A stretch of DNA of 64,000 bases from an uncultured delta proteobacterium (lineage in GTDB: Bacteria; Desulfobacterota; BSN033; UBA1163). Positions 28,172 to 37,718 of the stretch are shown one piece after another. The stretch covers positions 1,056,001-1,120,000 of the forward strand of contig CAWHBU010000002.1 in NCBI GenBank assembly GCA_963827685.1, in the 5' to 3' direction. The notes below the pieces were generated by a model, which ran no database searches, was not told the origin of the DNA, and was given only the letters and a program-made list of their open reading frames with translations. The position numbers were made by a program, and so were the translations under genes. Each line of letters opens with the position of its first letter. Within the stretch, counting starts at the first letter, position 1.

Positions 28172-28861
28172 ATGAAAAAGTTCGGTGTAATGTTGGCTAT
28201 AGTGATGGCGCTTTTTATTGTCCCCTGTTTAGCTCAGGCTCGGCTGGTGATCCCTCTTCCGCCACCTATTCCATTCTTAGCACCACCTCCGATGGTAGTC
28301 CTGCCTGAAACTGAGGTATACGTTGCGCCTGATTGCGATCAAGACCTCTATTTCTATCAAGGTTTCTGGTGGAGACCTTGGGGTGGTCGATGGTATCGAT
28401 CATTAAACTATGATTCAGGATGGGAGTTTTACAATGGTGTGCCAGGATGGTATGGTGGAGTGTATCCCCACTGGAGAGAAAACTACCGCAACCACATGTG
28501 GGGAGGCCAGAGATGGGATTATCGTCCAATGCCTTATGATCGCGTCAGAAGCAATTGGAAAAGCTGGCAAAGCAGTGGCCATTGGAGGAATGAACAGAAT
28601 CGAGGCACTACTGGCAGCTACCGTAAGGGAGCGGAGACCCGTCGGGACTTCCGAGGCTTTGGACAGGAAACAAAGGGCCTAAAGGCTTCAGGAGTTCCTC
28701 GACAAAGCCTTGATCTTAGTAAGAATAAAAGTGCCTTTGCAGGCGTGGAACGAGGAAGCAATGTTCGAATGCAGAGCAACCGTGGTCTCCAAAGCCGCCA
28801 GAGCATGTCTTCAAAAGGGGGAGGCGGTGCGGGTAAGGGCAATGTTGGCCGTCCCCGTTAA
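28172..28861 (+). CDS. Exported Pro/Trp-rich protein with a DUF3300-like C-terminal tail
   Basis: Signal peptide, PPP..APPP, W-rich middle, SAF.G..RG....QSNRG..SR tail. Confidence 0.65.
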   Translation: MKKFGVMLAIVMALFIVPCLAQARLVIPLPPPIPFLAPPPMVVLPETEVYVAPDCDQDLYFYQGFWWRPWGGRWYRSLNYDSGWEFYNGVPGWYGGVYPHWRENYRNHMWGGQRWDYRPMPYDRVRSNWKSWQSSGHWRNEQNRGTTGSYRKGAETRRDFRGFGQETKGLKASGVPRQSLDLSKNKSAFAGVERGSNVRMQSNRGLQSRQSMSSKGGGGAGKGNVGRPR

Positions 28862-28909
28862 GGGTTGAGCAAACGATTTAAACATCATAGTTCGATGGAG
28901 GAAAAAGCG

Positions 28910-29872
28910 ATGTTTATCAATACATGGGATCAAAAGAAGCGTTCGATGTGCCGTTTTGGTTTTGCAATCATAGCGGCAGCGATGATGTTAGCTGGATTTT
29001 ATCAGAGTGGTTTTGCAGCAGAGGCTAAGCAAAAAAGTTTCAAATCTCCTGAAGAGGCCGTTAAAGCGCTGGTTGGTGCGGTGAAGGGAAATGATACAAA
29101 GGAATTACTGACGATCCTTGGTCCTGCAGGGAAAGAGCTTATTTTTTCTGGTGATGAGGTTGCCGATAAAGCAGGGAGAGATCGTTTTGTTAAGGCTTAT
29201 GAGGAAATGAACAAACTGGTGAGTGAGAATGACAAGAAAGTCATCCTCCATGTGGGAAATGAAGAATGGCCTTATCCACTTCCTGTTGTTAAGAAGGGTG
29301 AAAACTGGTTCTTCGATACAAAGGCAGGGAAGGAAGAGATCCTCAACCGCAGAATCGGCCGCAACGAACTCAATGCCATCCAGGTGTGTCTGGCCTATGT
29401 GGATGCACAGCGTGAATACATACTGAAGGACCGGGATGAAGACAAGTTACTGGAATACGCCCAGAGGTTTATCAGTAGAAAAGGGGAAAAGAATGGCCTT
29501 TACTGGGAGGCGAAAGAGGGAGAAGAACAAAGTCCTCTTGGTCCCTTAATCGCCAAGGCTGCCAAGGAGGGATACACTGGAAAGGAGCCCGGTGGAAAAC
29601 GAAACCCTTATCATGGATATTACTATAGGATTCTGAAGTCCCAGGGAAAGAATGCACCAGGAGGGGAATACGATTATGTAGCGAATGGCAAGATGATTGG
29701 CGGATTTGCCCTGGTTGCCTACCCTGCGGAATACGGTGACTCCGGAGTGATGACCTTTATCGTGAACCAGGATGGTGTGGTATACGAAAAGCATCTGGGT
29801 AAAGATACTGAGAAAATTGCAACGGCCATGAAGAAATTCGATCCAGACAAAACCTGGAAGAAAGTGGAATAA
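28910..29872 (+). CDS. DUF2950 family protein
   Basis: F.SPEEAV.AL, RRIGRNEL, YVDAQREY, PYHGYYYRIL, AYPAEYG.SGVMTFIVN. Confidence 0.9.
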   Translation: MFINTWDQKKRSMCRFGFAIIAAAMMLAGFYQSGFAAEAKQKSFKSPEEAVKALVGAVKGNDTKELLTILGPAGKELIFSGDEVADKAGRDRFVKAYEEMNKLVSENDKKVILHVGNEEWPYPLPVVKKGENWFFDTKAGKEEILNRRIGRNELNAIQVCLAYVDAQREYILKDRDEDKLLEYAQRFISRKGEKNGLYWEAKEGEEQSPLGPLIAKAAKEGYTGKEPGGKRNPYHGYYYRILKSQGKNAPGGEYDYVANGKMIGGFALVAYPAEYGDSGVMTFIVNQDGVVYEKHLGKDTEKIATAMKKFDPDKTWKKVE

Positions 29873-30225
29873 TCCTTTCAGAGAGTATTGTCTGCAATAT
29901 GCCGATTTTTCAATTTAGAATGGGGAAGGTTTTCCCCATTTTTTTTATCCATCCATCCTCTTTTCCGATTTAATTTTTCCTTATTGATTTCCATTAGCTA
30001 TTGTATTGCCTGACGAGATTCAAAAACAAGGATTACAGGAAGGAGTCCTCTTTTTGCAAATCCCGCTGGTCAAAAAAGCGTTAAGGCTTTCACCACAAGT
30101 CTTCACTCCGAGATAACTTTGAAAGCACCGATTACGGGGTGATCTTCAAGGCTGCAAAAATCGCCAGAAGCGGTAATAAGAACCTTACCCTTCACATAAT
30201 TCGTGGTGATTACCCATCAAGGGAG

Positions 30226-30741
30226 TTATTTGGGAGCGATACGTTCTTTTATGGGGAGACCCATTTCCTTAGTCCGGCCAAAAAGGTCGATATAAAGGAC
30301 CTTGGGTAGTCCGGCCGATTTTTCTTCGGATTTTATGTAGATTTTTTCAAGGATACTCTCCCTACCGTTGATGGAAACCATAGCTTTAAAAGAATCGTTC
30401 ATTCTTTCGACAACAATCTCCAAACCCTTAAGACCAGCCAGAATGACCTTGAACCGGTTCTTGTCGAGCTTCTCTTGACGAACAATTCCGTAAGCATACT
30501 CCCTCTCAATCAGATTAAGTTCCTCACGCCTGCCGTTTTCCAAAATCCAGTAAACATTAATGGGGCTTGGATCAGGAAGATCACTATTCTCTGATAGGCG
30601 GATGTCATACTGAACAAGGTTCTTGTTTTTACTCCGCTCAATAAAGAAAAGATGACTGGCTTTTTCCTCGGAAACAGCAAAAATCGACTGGGGGAAAAGG
30701 CTCAGGATTACTAACAATAAGACAATAACGAATGATCTCAT
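30226..30741 (-). CDS. DUF4833 family exported protein
   Basis: LFFIERSKNKN.V.YD, VYW, ERE.AYG. Confidence 0.75.
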   Translation of the reverse strand: MRSFVIVLLLVILSLFPQSIFAVSEEKASHLFFIERSKNKNLVQYDIRLSENSDLPDPSPINVYWILENGRREELNLIEREYAYGIVRQEKLDKNRFKVILAGLKGLEIVVERMNDSFKAMVSINGRESILEKIYIKSEEKSAGLPKVLYIDLFGRTKEMGLPIKERIAPK

Positions 30742-30937
30742 ACAATCCTCCTCCCAGTTTTCGCCCGATAAGGAATTATTTTCTTAGCTCTCTGCTTTTG
30801 GCACTTGCAACAGATTCAACCCGCAATCAATATTCCGATCCAGCCAAACCTCCATAGCTCTTGACACTAACGTTGAAGGCCCCTATCCGGATGGTCTGAT
30901 GCGGTCTTCTCTCCATCCAGACTCTTGCGGTATAAAT

Positions 30938-30982
30938 TAAAAACCGGATTACCTGCTTAAGAAAGCCACGGTGATCCGGTTC
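30938..30982 (-). terminator. Riboswitch-controlled intrinsic terminator
   Basis: Minus strand ACCGGATCACC...GGTAATCCGGT followed by TTTT. Confidence 0.7.
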
Positions 30983-30990
30983 GTCTATCC

Positions 30991-31063
30991 TCGGCAACCC
31001 GGCTATCCCATCGGGACCCGTGGCTTTCCGTCCCACGATTACTCGTGGTTTGGCTTTATCGGT
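30991..31063 (-). ncRNA. c-di-GMP-I (GEMM-I) riboswitch
   Basis: Minus strand CGATAAAGCCAAACC..GTAA..GGGACGGAAAGCC.CGGGTC..GATAGCCGGGTTGCCGA fits the GEMM-I consensus. Confidence 0.9.
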
Positions 31064-31100
31064 AGTCTCTTTTTAAGAAAATTGTCTTAAGTCAGCTATC

Positions 31101-31117
31101 AGCAATTTCAATGCCAA
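31101..31117 (-). promoter_or_regulatory. sigma54 promoter upstream of the riboswitch
   Basis: Minus strand TTGGCATTGAAATTGCT, GG-N10-GC. Confidence 0.75.
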
Positions 31118-31601
31118 TGGACCTCTATCGCGGCAACCACTTGATTGTTAAAAGAATCATTAACGAATTAAGCTTAAATGAAAATAAAGGAAGTGACACT
31201 TCTTGTTACAGGGAGAAAAAAATTTGGTGATTACTCTCTAAGAGAATGGGGGGACATCCTATATTGCCCCTGTCAAGAGGGAAAAACAAAAAAATTCATC
31301 TTTTATAAAAACAGCAAGTTAGAAAGCCGTTGTTGATTAAGTTGAATAACCACTTTATCCTCTTCCCTTCTTCCTCCAACTCACTCCGCCTCCTCTCATT
31401 GTCAAGTTGTTTTAGAACCTGCATCCCCTAATCTCCCTATCTCGCGCGCCCAACCAAAAAGTTATTTAGGGGGATAAGATCGCTCCCGAAAGGCGGTCAC
31501 CTCTACCCCAGAGCAAATGTGCATAATTAAACGCAAAGATATCCGCTTGATTTCTTTAGACGCTATGACTATCTTTAAATCAGGAAACGGGGAATATTGA
31601 A

Positions 31602-31916
31602 ATGAAGGTGTTTAAAAGAATTTTTATCTTCACACTTATTGCTCTATGGGTAATGCTGGAGGCAAATGCATTGTTTTCACAGCAACACTATTCTACATTT
31701 ATAGGCACCGTAGTGGGAATTCAGGGAGGTTTTAGAAAGTGGTTAGATGTGAAAAGTAATAGGGACGAATTAATTGTCAATTTCAGGATTGGGAGAGATA
31801 CAATCTATACTCCCCGTAGATACCCTTATCCCGGGGAGAAGGTGAAGGTGGAATATTTACCAAACCGAGGGGTTGATGTAGCTTACAGAGTCACTGTCTT
31901 AGGAGGGCCAGAGTAA
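31602..31916 (+). CDS. Exported hypothetical protein (OB-fold-like)
   Basis: Signal peptide; GTVV...GEKVKVEY...VAYRV pattern. Confidence 0.55.
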   Translation: MKVFKRIFIFTLIALWVMLEANALFSQQHYSTFIGTVVGIQGGFRKWLDVKSNRDELIVNFRIGRDTIYTPRRYPYPGEKVKVEYLPNRGVDVAYRVTVLGGPE

Positions 31917-31951
31917 GAAGGCTCAAAGAAAAAGAGAGGAGATGAGAAGAG

Positions 31952-32332
31952 ATGGAAAAAAAGAGGACCATCTGTCTATTTTTGTTTGCTGTTCTTATTC
32001 TCGTTCTTTCTTCATGCCACCCTCGTCATGTTTCAGATATCAAAACTAACATGACGAAAGAAGAAGTGGTCTCTACGTGGGGGAAAACAGACCATATCAC
32101 TTATAAGACTGTTAACGGGAAGACTGCTGAAACTTGGCAATATCATTTTTCAAACACCAATTCTATTTGTTCGGTCACTTTTATTCAAGATAGAGTGGTT
32201 AGTACCCAATGCTATCGGCAACCCCATCCTGAACCATATTATTACAGATACCCATACTACCCATACTATTATCCATATCCATACCGATATTACTACCCTT
32301 ACTACTATCCCTATGGCCCTTATTGGAGGTAA
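31952..32332 (+). CDS. Lipoprotein, SmpA/BamE-like, with Tyr/Pro-rich tail
   Basis: Lipobox LSSC; MTKEEVVS.WG, ETWQY; YYP repeats. Confidence 0.65.
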   Translation: MEKKRTICLFLFAVLILVLSSCHPRHVSDIKTNMTKEEVVSTWGKTDHITYKTVNGKTAETWQYHFSNTNSICSVTFIQDRVVSTQCYRQPHPEPYYYRYPYYPYYYPYPYRYYYPYYYPYGPYWR

Positions 32333-32881
32333 CAAATGGCTTATACGTCCATAAATGTTTCAGACCGCAATCTTCCACATTAAGATCTGAATTGGATCGC
32401 GGACAAGTAGGTGAAAGTTTCAAATTCGCCTTGTGACCGGCAAGATTTTCAAAAAATGCGGACTTCTTCCTGTAGTCAACGCCTGACAGATTTCGACCCT
32501 AATGCAAAACTTCATTTGGTAATCGTTATCTGCAATACTGGCCTAAAATTGTCCTTCATATCTTGTGGTCATTGTTGCTTGACATACAACGCCGTTTTTC
32601 GTATTATCAAACCACCCAAAAGAGAGTTCTTATCAAATCTTATCAAAAAAATTATCAAATCTCGAAAAAGAAAGCAAAGGAGTAGACTGGTTTTTTACAA
32701 CAGGGAAGGATACAGTAAAATTAATGGAATTCAATATCAGCCATCTTCCCATTCGAGCCCTTCACATCGAAATGAAGATCTGGGAGGAGGAAAAATTTTA
32801 TCAAAAGGTGATGGAAATGTTTTTGGCAAAAAAGAAAGATACGGATGAAATTAAATAGAATCAGTTCAAAAAGAGAAAAAT

Positions 32882-33115
32882 ATGGAAGGTAGAACTCCCT
32901 TAAAAACTGACGGCTCCAGGTGTGCCCAATGTCTGAACTGCCAGCTCGTTTGCTCTATTACCCATGCAGGAATCTTTAACCCGGGGATGGCCAGGTTGAG
33001 AATTTCCGCAAGGGAGCCCCGCCAGATCGCATTCGAACCAGAATGCACTCAGTGTGGTCTATGCGCCCGCCATTGCCTTTACGGTGCGATTATCGCAGCG
33101 AAGGAGGAAGGATGA
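32882..33115 (+). CDS. 4Fe-4S dicluster ferredoxin
   Basis: CxxCxxCxxxC twice. Confidence 0.88.
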   Translation: MEGRTPLKTDGSRCAQCLNCQLVCSITHAGIFNPGMARLRISAREPRQIAFEPECTQCGLCARHCLYGAIIAAKEEG

Positions 33116-35010
33116 ACGGAGGATATGCAGGCCAGATTCTGCTGATCGACCTCTTTTCTGGCTCCTCAGAGAAACGACCCTTGGACCCAAGAAATTGTCA
33201 TCAATTTATCGGCGGCTTCGGTCTGAACAATCAGCTCTTTGCCGATTTGGCATTCGCAGGAAAAGATCCTTTCTCACCAGACAATCCGGTCGTCATCGGT
33301 GCCGGCCCCCTCATCGGCACGATGGCACCGGGAGCTTCTCGAATCATGGCCACAACGAAGTATCCTATGACGGGTGCAGTGGCTTCAGCTTCCGGATCCA
33401 TGACCTTCGGCGCGCAGATGAAGTGGGCCGGATACGACCACATCGTCGTCCGGGGACAATCGGACCGGCCGATTTATCTCTACATCCAGGACGAAACCCT
33501 GCAGGTTTGTGATGCCTCCGCGCTCTGGGGCAAGGATATTCTTCAAACAACCGAGGCTCTATGGGATAAGTATGGACCCTGCGGCATCATCGCCATCGGC
33601 CCAGCCGGTGAGAACCTTGTGAAATTTTCACTGGCCTTGGTGGATGGCACTGCAACGATCGGCCGCGGGGGTCTGGCTGCGGTCATGGGCTCCAAGCGAC
33701 TCAAGGCCATCGCGGTCAAAGGAACGAAGGGAATCCGAGTGGCCGACCCGAAAGGGTTCTTGAAAATAGTGGATGGGCTTTACAATAGGGCTAACAAATT
33801 CCCCCAGAGGGAAAATGTGGTCAAGTTTGGCATGATGTCCGGATGGCTGCCTGCGTTGGAGAGGGAGTTCCCTCACGCGCCAGAAAAGATTCAAATCCTT
33901 ACCCATCTCTATGGACCATCGGTTTATCAAAAATTCAAAAAGGCTCGAAGAGCCTGCCCTTCCTGTTTCATCGCAGATAAAGATGTCTTAGAGCTAAAAG
34001 AGAGTTGTGGCGAAACCTTCACCACTTACCCGACGAGCTTTGCCCTTATCCTACCCCTCTCCCATTATTTGTCTCAAATTTCCCCGGAGCATCTTCTTGA
34101 GATTTTCGACCAACTCAACCGTCAAGGAATAGACCTCTTCACCTTCGTGAAAATGGCCGATCTTCTGGTAAAGGTCTATGAAAAAGGAGGGATCGGGGAG
34201 AAACAAACCCAGGGGCTAGTTCCCACGAGGACATACGAATTTTTTCTTCAGCTTATCGATTTGATTTCCAGACGAGAGGGAATGGGTGATCTCATGGCCG
34301 AAGGGTGGAACAACATCCTGGAGGTCTTTGGGGAAACAGCCCGGAATGAAGTCGTCATTATCAAGGGACTGGAAACGATCTATGACCCCAGGGTCGCCGG
34401 GTTAGGCACGATGGAGTTTGAACAAGTCGTCTGCCCACGGGGCCCTACTTCAGCAACCTCTGGTTCACCCACGTATTTGCCCAATGCTCCGCTGGAAATG
34501 TTCGCCAGGCACGCCGAGCGCATGGGAGCTTCTAAAGAAGCGGTGGCCCGCATCTTACCCACGGCAGTGAACGTAAACATGGGGCGCCTTTCCCGGTACT
34601 CGGAAGACTGGTATGCTGTTCTCAGTTCCCTCGGTATTTGTAACCGTGCTCAGAACAATCGCTTCTACCATATTGGTCTTTGCAGCGAATTCTACGAGAA
34701 GGCAACGGGAATGGAGATGTCCCGCGAAGCGATGATGGAAGCTGCCGACCGTTCGTGGACCCTCCAACGGCTGCTCAACGCCCGCGAAGGGTTCTCAAAA
34801 AGAGATGATCTCATTCCCGACCAATGGTTCCAGCCACTGGAGTCGGAAGGAAAAAAGTTGCGAATGATGGACTACTTCGGGGGCAGACCATTGAGCCGGG
34901 AGGATCTATATCAGACCCTCGAGGACTATTACCAAGAAAGAGGTTGGGATCCAATCACAGGATATCCTTCCAAAGAGAAGCTCAAATCCTTGTGCCTGCC
35001 TACCACCTGA
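33112..35010 (+). CDS. Aldehyde:ferredoxin oxidoreductase family (W/Mo)
   Basis: GYAGQIL.IDL, AGYD, IGPAGENLV, GRGGLAAVMGSKRLKAI, CxxC, YYQERGWD; start after the AAGGAGG RBS. Confidence 0.9.
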   Translation: MNGGYAGQILLIDLFSGSSEKRPLDPRNCHQFIGGFGLNNQLFADLAFAGKDPFSPDNPVVIGAGPLIGTMAPGASRIMATTKYPMTGAVASASGSMTFGAQMKWAGYDHIVVRGQSDRPIYLYIQDETLQVCDASALWGKDILQTTEALWDKYGPCGIIAIGPAGENLVKFSLALVDGTATIGRGGLAAVMGSKRLKAIAVKGTKGIRVADPKGFLKIVDGLYNRANKFPQRENVVKFGMMSGWLPALEREFPHAPEKIQILTHLYGPSVYQKFKKARRACPSCFIADKDVLELKESCGETFTTYPTSFALILPLSHYLSQISPEHLLEIFDQLNRQGIDLFTFVKMADLLVKVYEKGGIGEKQTQGLVPTRTYEFFLQLIDLISRREGMGDLMAEGWNNILEVFGETARNEVVIIKGLETIYDPRVAGLGTMEFEQVVCPRGPTSATSGSPTYLPNAPLEMFARHAERMGASKEAVARILPTAVNVNMGRLSRYSEDWYAVLSSLGICNRAQNNRFYHIGLCSEFYEKATGMEMSREAMMEAADRSWTLQRLLNAREGFSKRDDLIPDQWFQPLESEGKKLRMMDYFGGRPLSREDLYQTLEDYYQERGWDPITGYPSKEKLKSLCLPTT

Positions 35011-35019
35011 AAACAGCCC

Positions 35020-35215
35020 TACAGAGAAGAGGAATCCATGGAAAAGTTAGGCCGTTACATCATTCGGACCTCTTTTTTCCAGGAGAGGATGACCTATCTT
35101 CCTGAGGAGTCCAAGGTGAGTTATGAATCCAAGGCCTGTCCTCGTCGGCGATCCAGGAACGGCCAAAGGGAGAAGGTCTTTGACGCTTTAGAATGGTTGG
35201 CTGCCATGGACATCC
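35020..35215 (+). mobile_element. IS91-like (Y2) transposase remnant carrying a 24-nt palindromic insert
   Basis: LGRYIIR..F.QERMTY...KV.YESK[insert]DG..EKVFDALEWLAAM. Confidence 0.6.
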
Positions 35216-35318
35216 ATAGCCGTACAAGGTAAGAACTGGTGGTGAGGCTGCAATCGTTCACCGTGGCGTAGGCTACTTGATTTCAAGTTGACCTTCCCCT
35301 GAAAAAGTGGACATATAG

Positions 35319-36176
35319 TTAAGTTTCATTAAGGAGCTTTTCATACTGCTCTGGGCTCCTGTACCCTAATGCCGAATGACTCCTCTGACGATTATAAAAC
35401 ACTTCCACGTACTCAAAAATACTAAGCCTCGCCTCCAGCCTTGAACGGTACCGCTCACCATGGACCAACTCCGTCTTGAGCGTGCCAAAGAAAGACTCCA
35501 CATAGGCATTATCATAACAATTGCCACTTCTGCTCATACTAGGAGTCATGCCGTATTCTCTTAAAAGCTCCTGATAGGCATAGCTTGCATACTGCCTGCC
35601 TCGATCAGAATGGTGGATCAACCCTTCAGAGGGGCTTTGCCTGCCCACCGCGTCCCTGAGCGCAGCAGAAGCTAGCTCCTGAGAGAGCTTATCGCTCATG
35701 GACAGCCCAATGATCTTTCTGCTTTTCACATTCATCACTGCTGCCACATAGAGCCATCCCTCAGAAGTGGGCACAAACGTAATATCAGATGCCCATACCC
35801 CCTCTGTCTGCCTCTGGTCAATCAGTAAGTTTGCAGCCAAGGCATAATGATGCCGTGAATCGGTAGTCCGCCTGAATCTCTTTTTCTTCACTTCTGCCCA
35901 TATGGAGTGCTCTTTCATGATCCTGGCTACCCGGTTCTTCCCACATCTAAGACCCTGCTTATTGAGCTCCGCTGCGATCCGCGGACTCCCATAGAGCCTT
36001 CTGCTTTGAGTGTGGATCTCCCGTATGTGCCCCAGCAACTCCTCATCGTCTTTCTGACGTGTGCTCGGTTGACGCGTCTTCCACGCATAATAACCACTTC
36101 TGGATACCTTCAACACTTCACTCATACTCCTTATCTTGTAGGTCTCTCTGTGCTCTTCTATCAACCGATACTTCAT
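35319..36176 (-). CDS. IS3 transposase OrfB (DDE)
   Basis: WASDITF, HSDRG.QY, DNA..ESFF. Confidence 0.95.
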   Translation of the reverse strand: MKYRLIEEHRETYKIRSMSEVLKVSRSGYYAWKTRQPSTRQKDDEELLGHIREIHTQSRRLYGSPRIAAELNKQGLRCGKNRVARIMKEHSIWAEVKKKRFRRTTDSRHHYALAANLLIDQRQTEGVWASDITFVPTSEGWLYVAAVMNVKSRKIIGLSMSDKLSQELASAALRDAVGRQSPSEGLIHHSDRGRQYASYAYQELLREYGMTPSMSRSGNCYDNAYVESFFGTLKTELVHGERYRSRLEARLSIFEYVEVFYNRQRSHSALGYRSPEQYEKLLNET

Positions 36177-36475
36177 CTGTTTCGTTTGGAGAATACGGCC
36201 AAGGCTTTTTTTAAAATGTCCCTCTCTTCCTTCACCTTTTCTAATTCCTTCCGGAGCCCCTTTATTTCCGCTTCCTCTGGCGTTACACGGCCCTTCCCTA
36301 CGAAGGCTTTATCCCCTTTAGCTAAGAACCTCCTCCTCCATAGATGAAGAAGATTGGGATGGATATCAAGCTCTCGGGCCACCTTGCCTACCGGCATCCC
36401 TTTCTCTGTGACCAACTGCACTGCATCTCGTTTGAACTCACGGCTGAAATGACGATTCTTTTCCCCCATACGCAC
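36173..36475 (-). CDS. IS3 transposase OrfA (HTH)
   Basis: FSREFK.DAV, ERDILKKA; A-run slippery site. Confidence 0.95.
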   Translation of the reverse strand: MRMGEKNRHFSREFKRDAVQLVTEKGMPVGKVARELDIHPNLLHLWRRRFLAKGDKAFVGKGRVTPEEAEIKGLRKELEKVKEERDILKKALAVFSKRNR

Positions 36476-36812
36476 CTCCTGTCCAATGATACAAATTCTC
36501 AGGTGTGTCCATCAACTCGGGGGAAGGTCAAGTGGTAATCTACAATCGTCCTTAATGAAGAGATTTGAAGACTTGTAGATGGAACAAACATCCCACTTCT
36601 TTGACCCTTTCTGAAAGTTTCGGTTGACCAATTTTCATAAAATAGATATATTCCAATCAGGAATCAACAGGGTGGTGGTGCAGATATTTCTTCGTTTCCA
36701 GGAAAAAAAGCCTGGGGTCACAAAGAAACTTTCGTGAAATATAGGCAAAACCAAGGATAAAGATTCGACCCCGGAGCGCCACACTCAAGACATAAAACCG
36801 ACCGGATACTCA

Positions 36813-37130
36813 CTACCATTCAAAATTATAGTAACCCAGAGCTACATCTAAGAGCGCCCGCTGCGGCCCCCCCAGCCACAGTTGGAGTATCTTGACATCC
36901 CGCAGGTATTTCTCCACGTGATAATCAAAGGAATATCCGTATGAACCCATCAATTCCATGGTTTTGTGCGCAACCCAGATAGCTACGTTACAAACATATG
37001 CTTTTGCTCCAGAGCATTTCGAGAGCATAAATGGCTCTCCTGGACGGCCATAGAGCGCCACATTCTTGGACATCTTGAACACGTGCATGGCGTAAGCCCT
37101 TGCCGACTCAATCCTGTCAACCGGACGGTC
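36813..37130 (-). pseudogene. Acyl-CoA dehydrogenase C-terminal fragment
   Basis: MELMGSYGYS...VEKYLRDVK..QLWLGG; 5' part missing. Confidence 0.75.
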
Positions 37131-37184
37131 AATAAACGTGGCTCTCGGTGAGCAGCAACGTTTAGGCTGAAGGAAGGAGGACTT

Positions 37185-37421
37185 ATGAAACAATGTTACC
37201 TATGCGGGGCAAGCTCAGATATACAGGAAGAATTCGACGGTTTCTTCGTCAAATGCACAGGCTCTTGTGGTCCATACATCATCACTCGGATAGCGCTGGG
37301 CGACCTCACCAAAATTTTTGGAAGGAAACAAAGCGTCATCGACGGGGTCAAGGTACTGCGGGAACAAGACAAGGTGCGTCGGATCAGAATTAGTCACGAT
37401 TCAGAATCATTCGTTCCCTGA
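37185..37421 (+). CDS. Small Cys-rich hypothetical protein
   Basis: AAGGAGG RBS; CxxC...CxxxC. Confidence 0.55.
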   Translation: MKQCYLCGASSDIQEEFDGFFVKCTGSCGPYIITRIALGDLTKIFGRKQSVIDGVKVLREQDKVRRIRISHDSESFVP

Positions 37422-37639
37422 TCGTGGTTCTCGAAGACGCAGTTGAATAAGGTCGTTACCCTCTCTTTCAAACCGTAATCTTCAATTCCTGAATATGGTT
37501 CTTACTATTGACTTGTAGGTGGAGTCCGCAACCGGTTTTCCGGGGATTCCTTCCTGCAGAGAGATTGAAATCCTGATGGTCGAGTTAAAAAACGAATTCG
37601 ATAAAAATCTTTTAGGAGGGACTACCTTCCCAATTCTCA

Positions 37640-37668
37640 TTGACACCATGTTCCTAATCTAATACACT
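37640..37668 (+). promoter_or_regulatory. sigma70 promoter of amrS
   Basis: TTGACA-17 nt-TACACT. Confidence 0.6.
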
Positions 37669-37718
37669 TCAATTAGTAGAAAAGTCTCTCGAGGCCTGAT
37701 ATGAAGGAGAATATGGCT

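Larger units (their letters stand above)
35289..36530 (-). mobile_element. IS3-family element, 1242 bp, AGT target duplication
   Basis: TGACCTTCCCC terminal IRs; AGT on both flanks. Confidence 0.95.

Noticed and set aside
30991-31063. cGAMP-sensing GEMM-Ib riboswitch
   Set aside because: The discriminating position is G rather than A.
32411-32848. 145-aa ORF upstream of the ferredoxin
   Set aside because: No RBS or motifs; it runs through a repeat relic and promoter-like AT-rich DNA.
33043-33111. Track start of the AOR gene
   Set aside because: It overlaps the ferredoxin; RBS, ATGA coupling and the family N-terminus support 33112.
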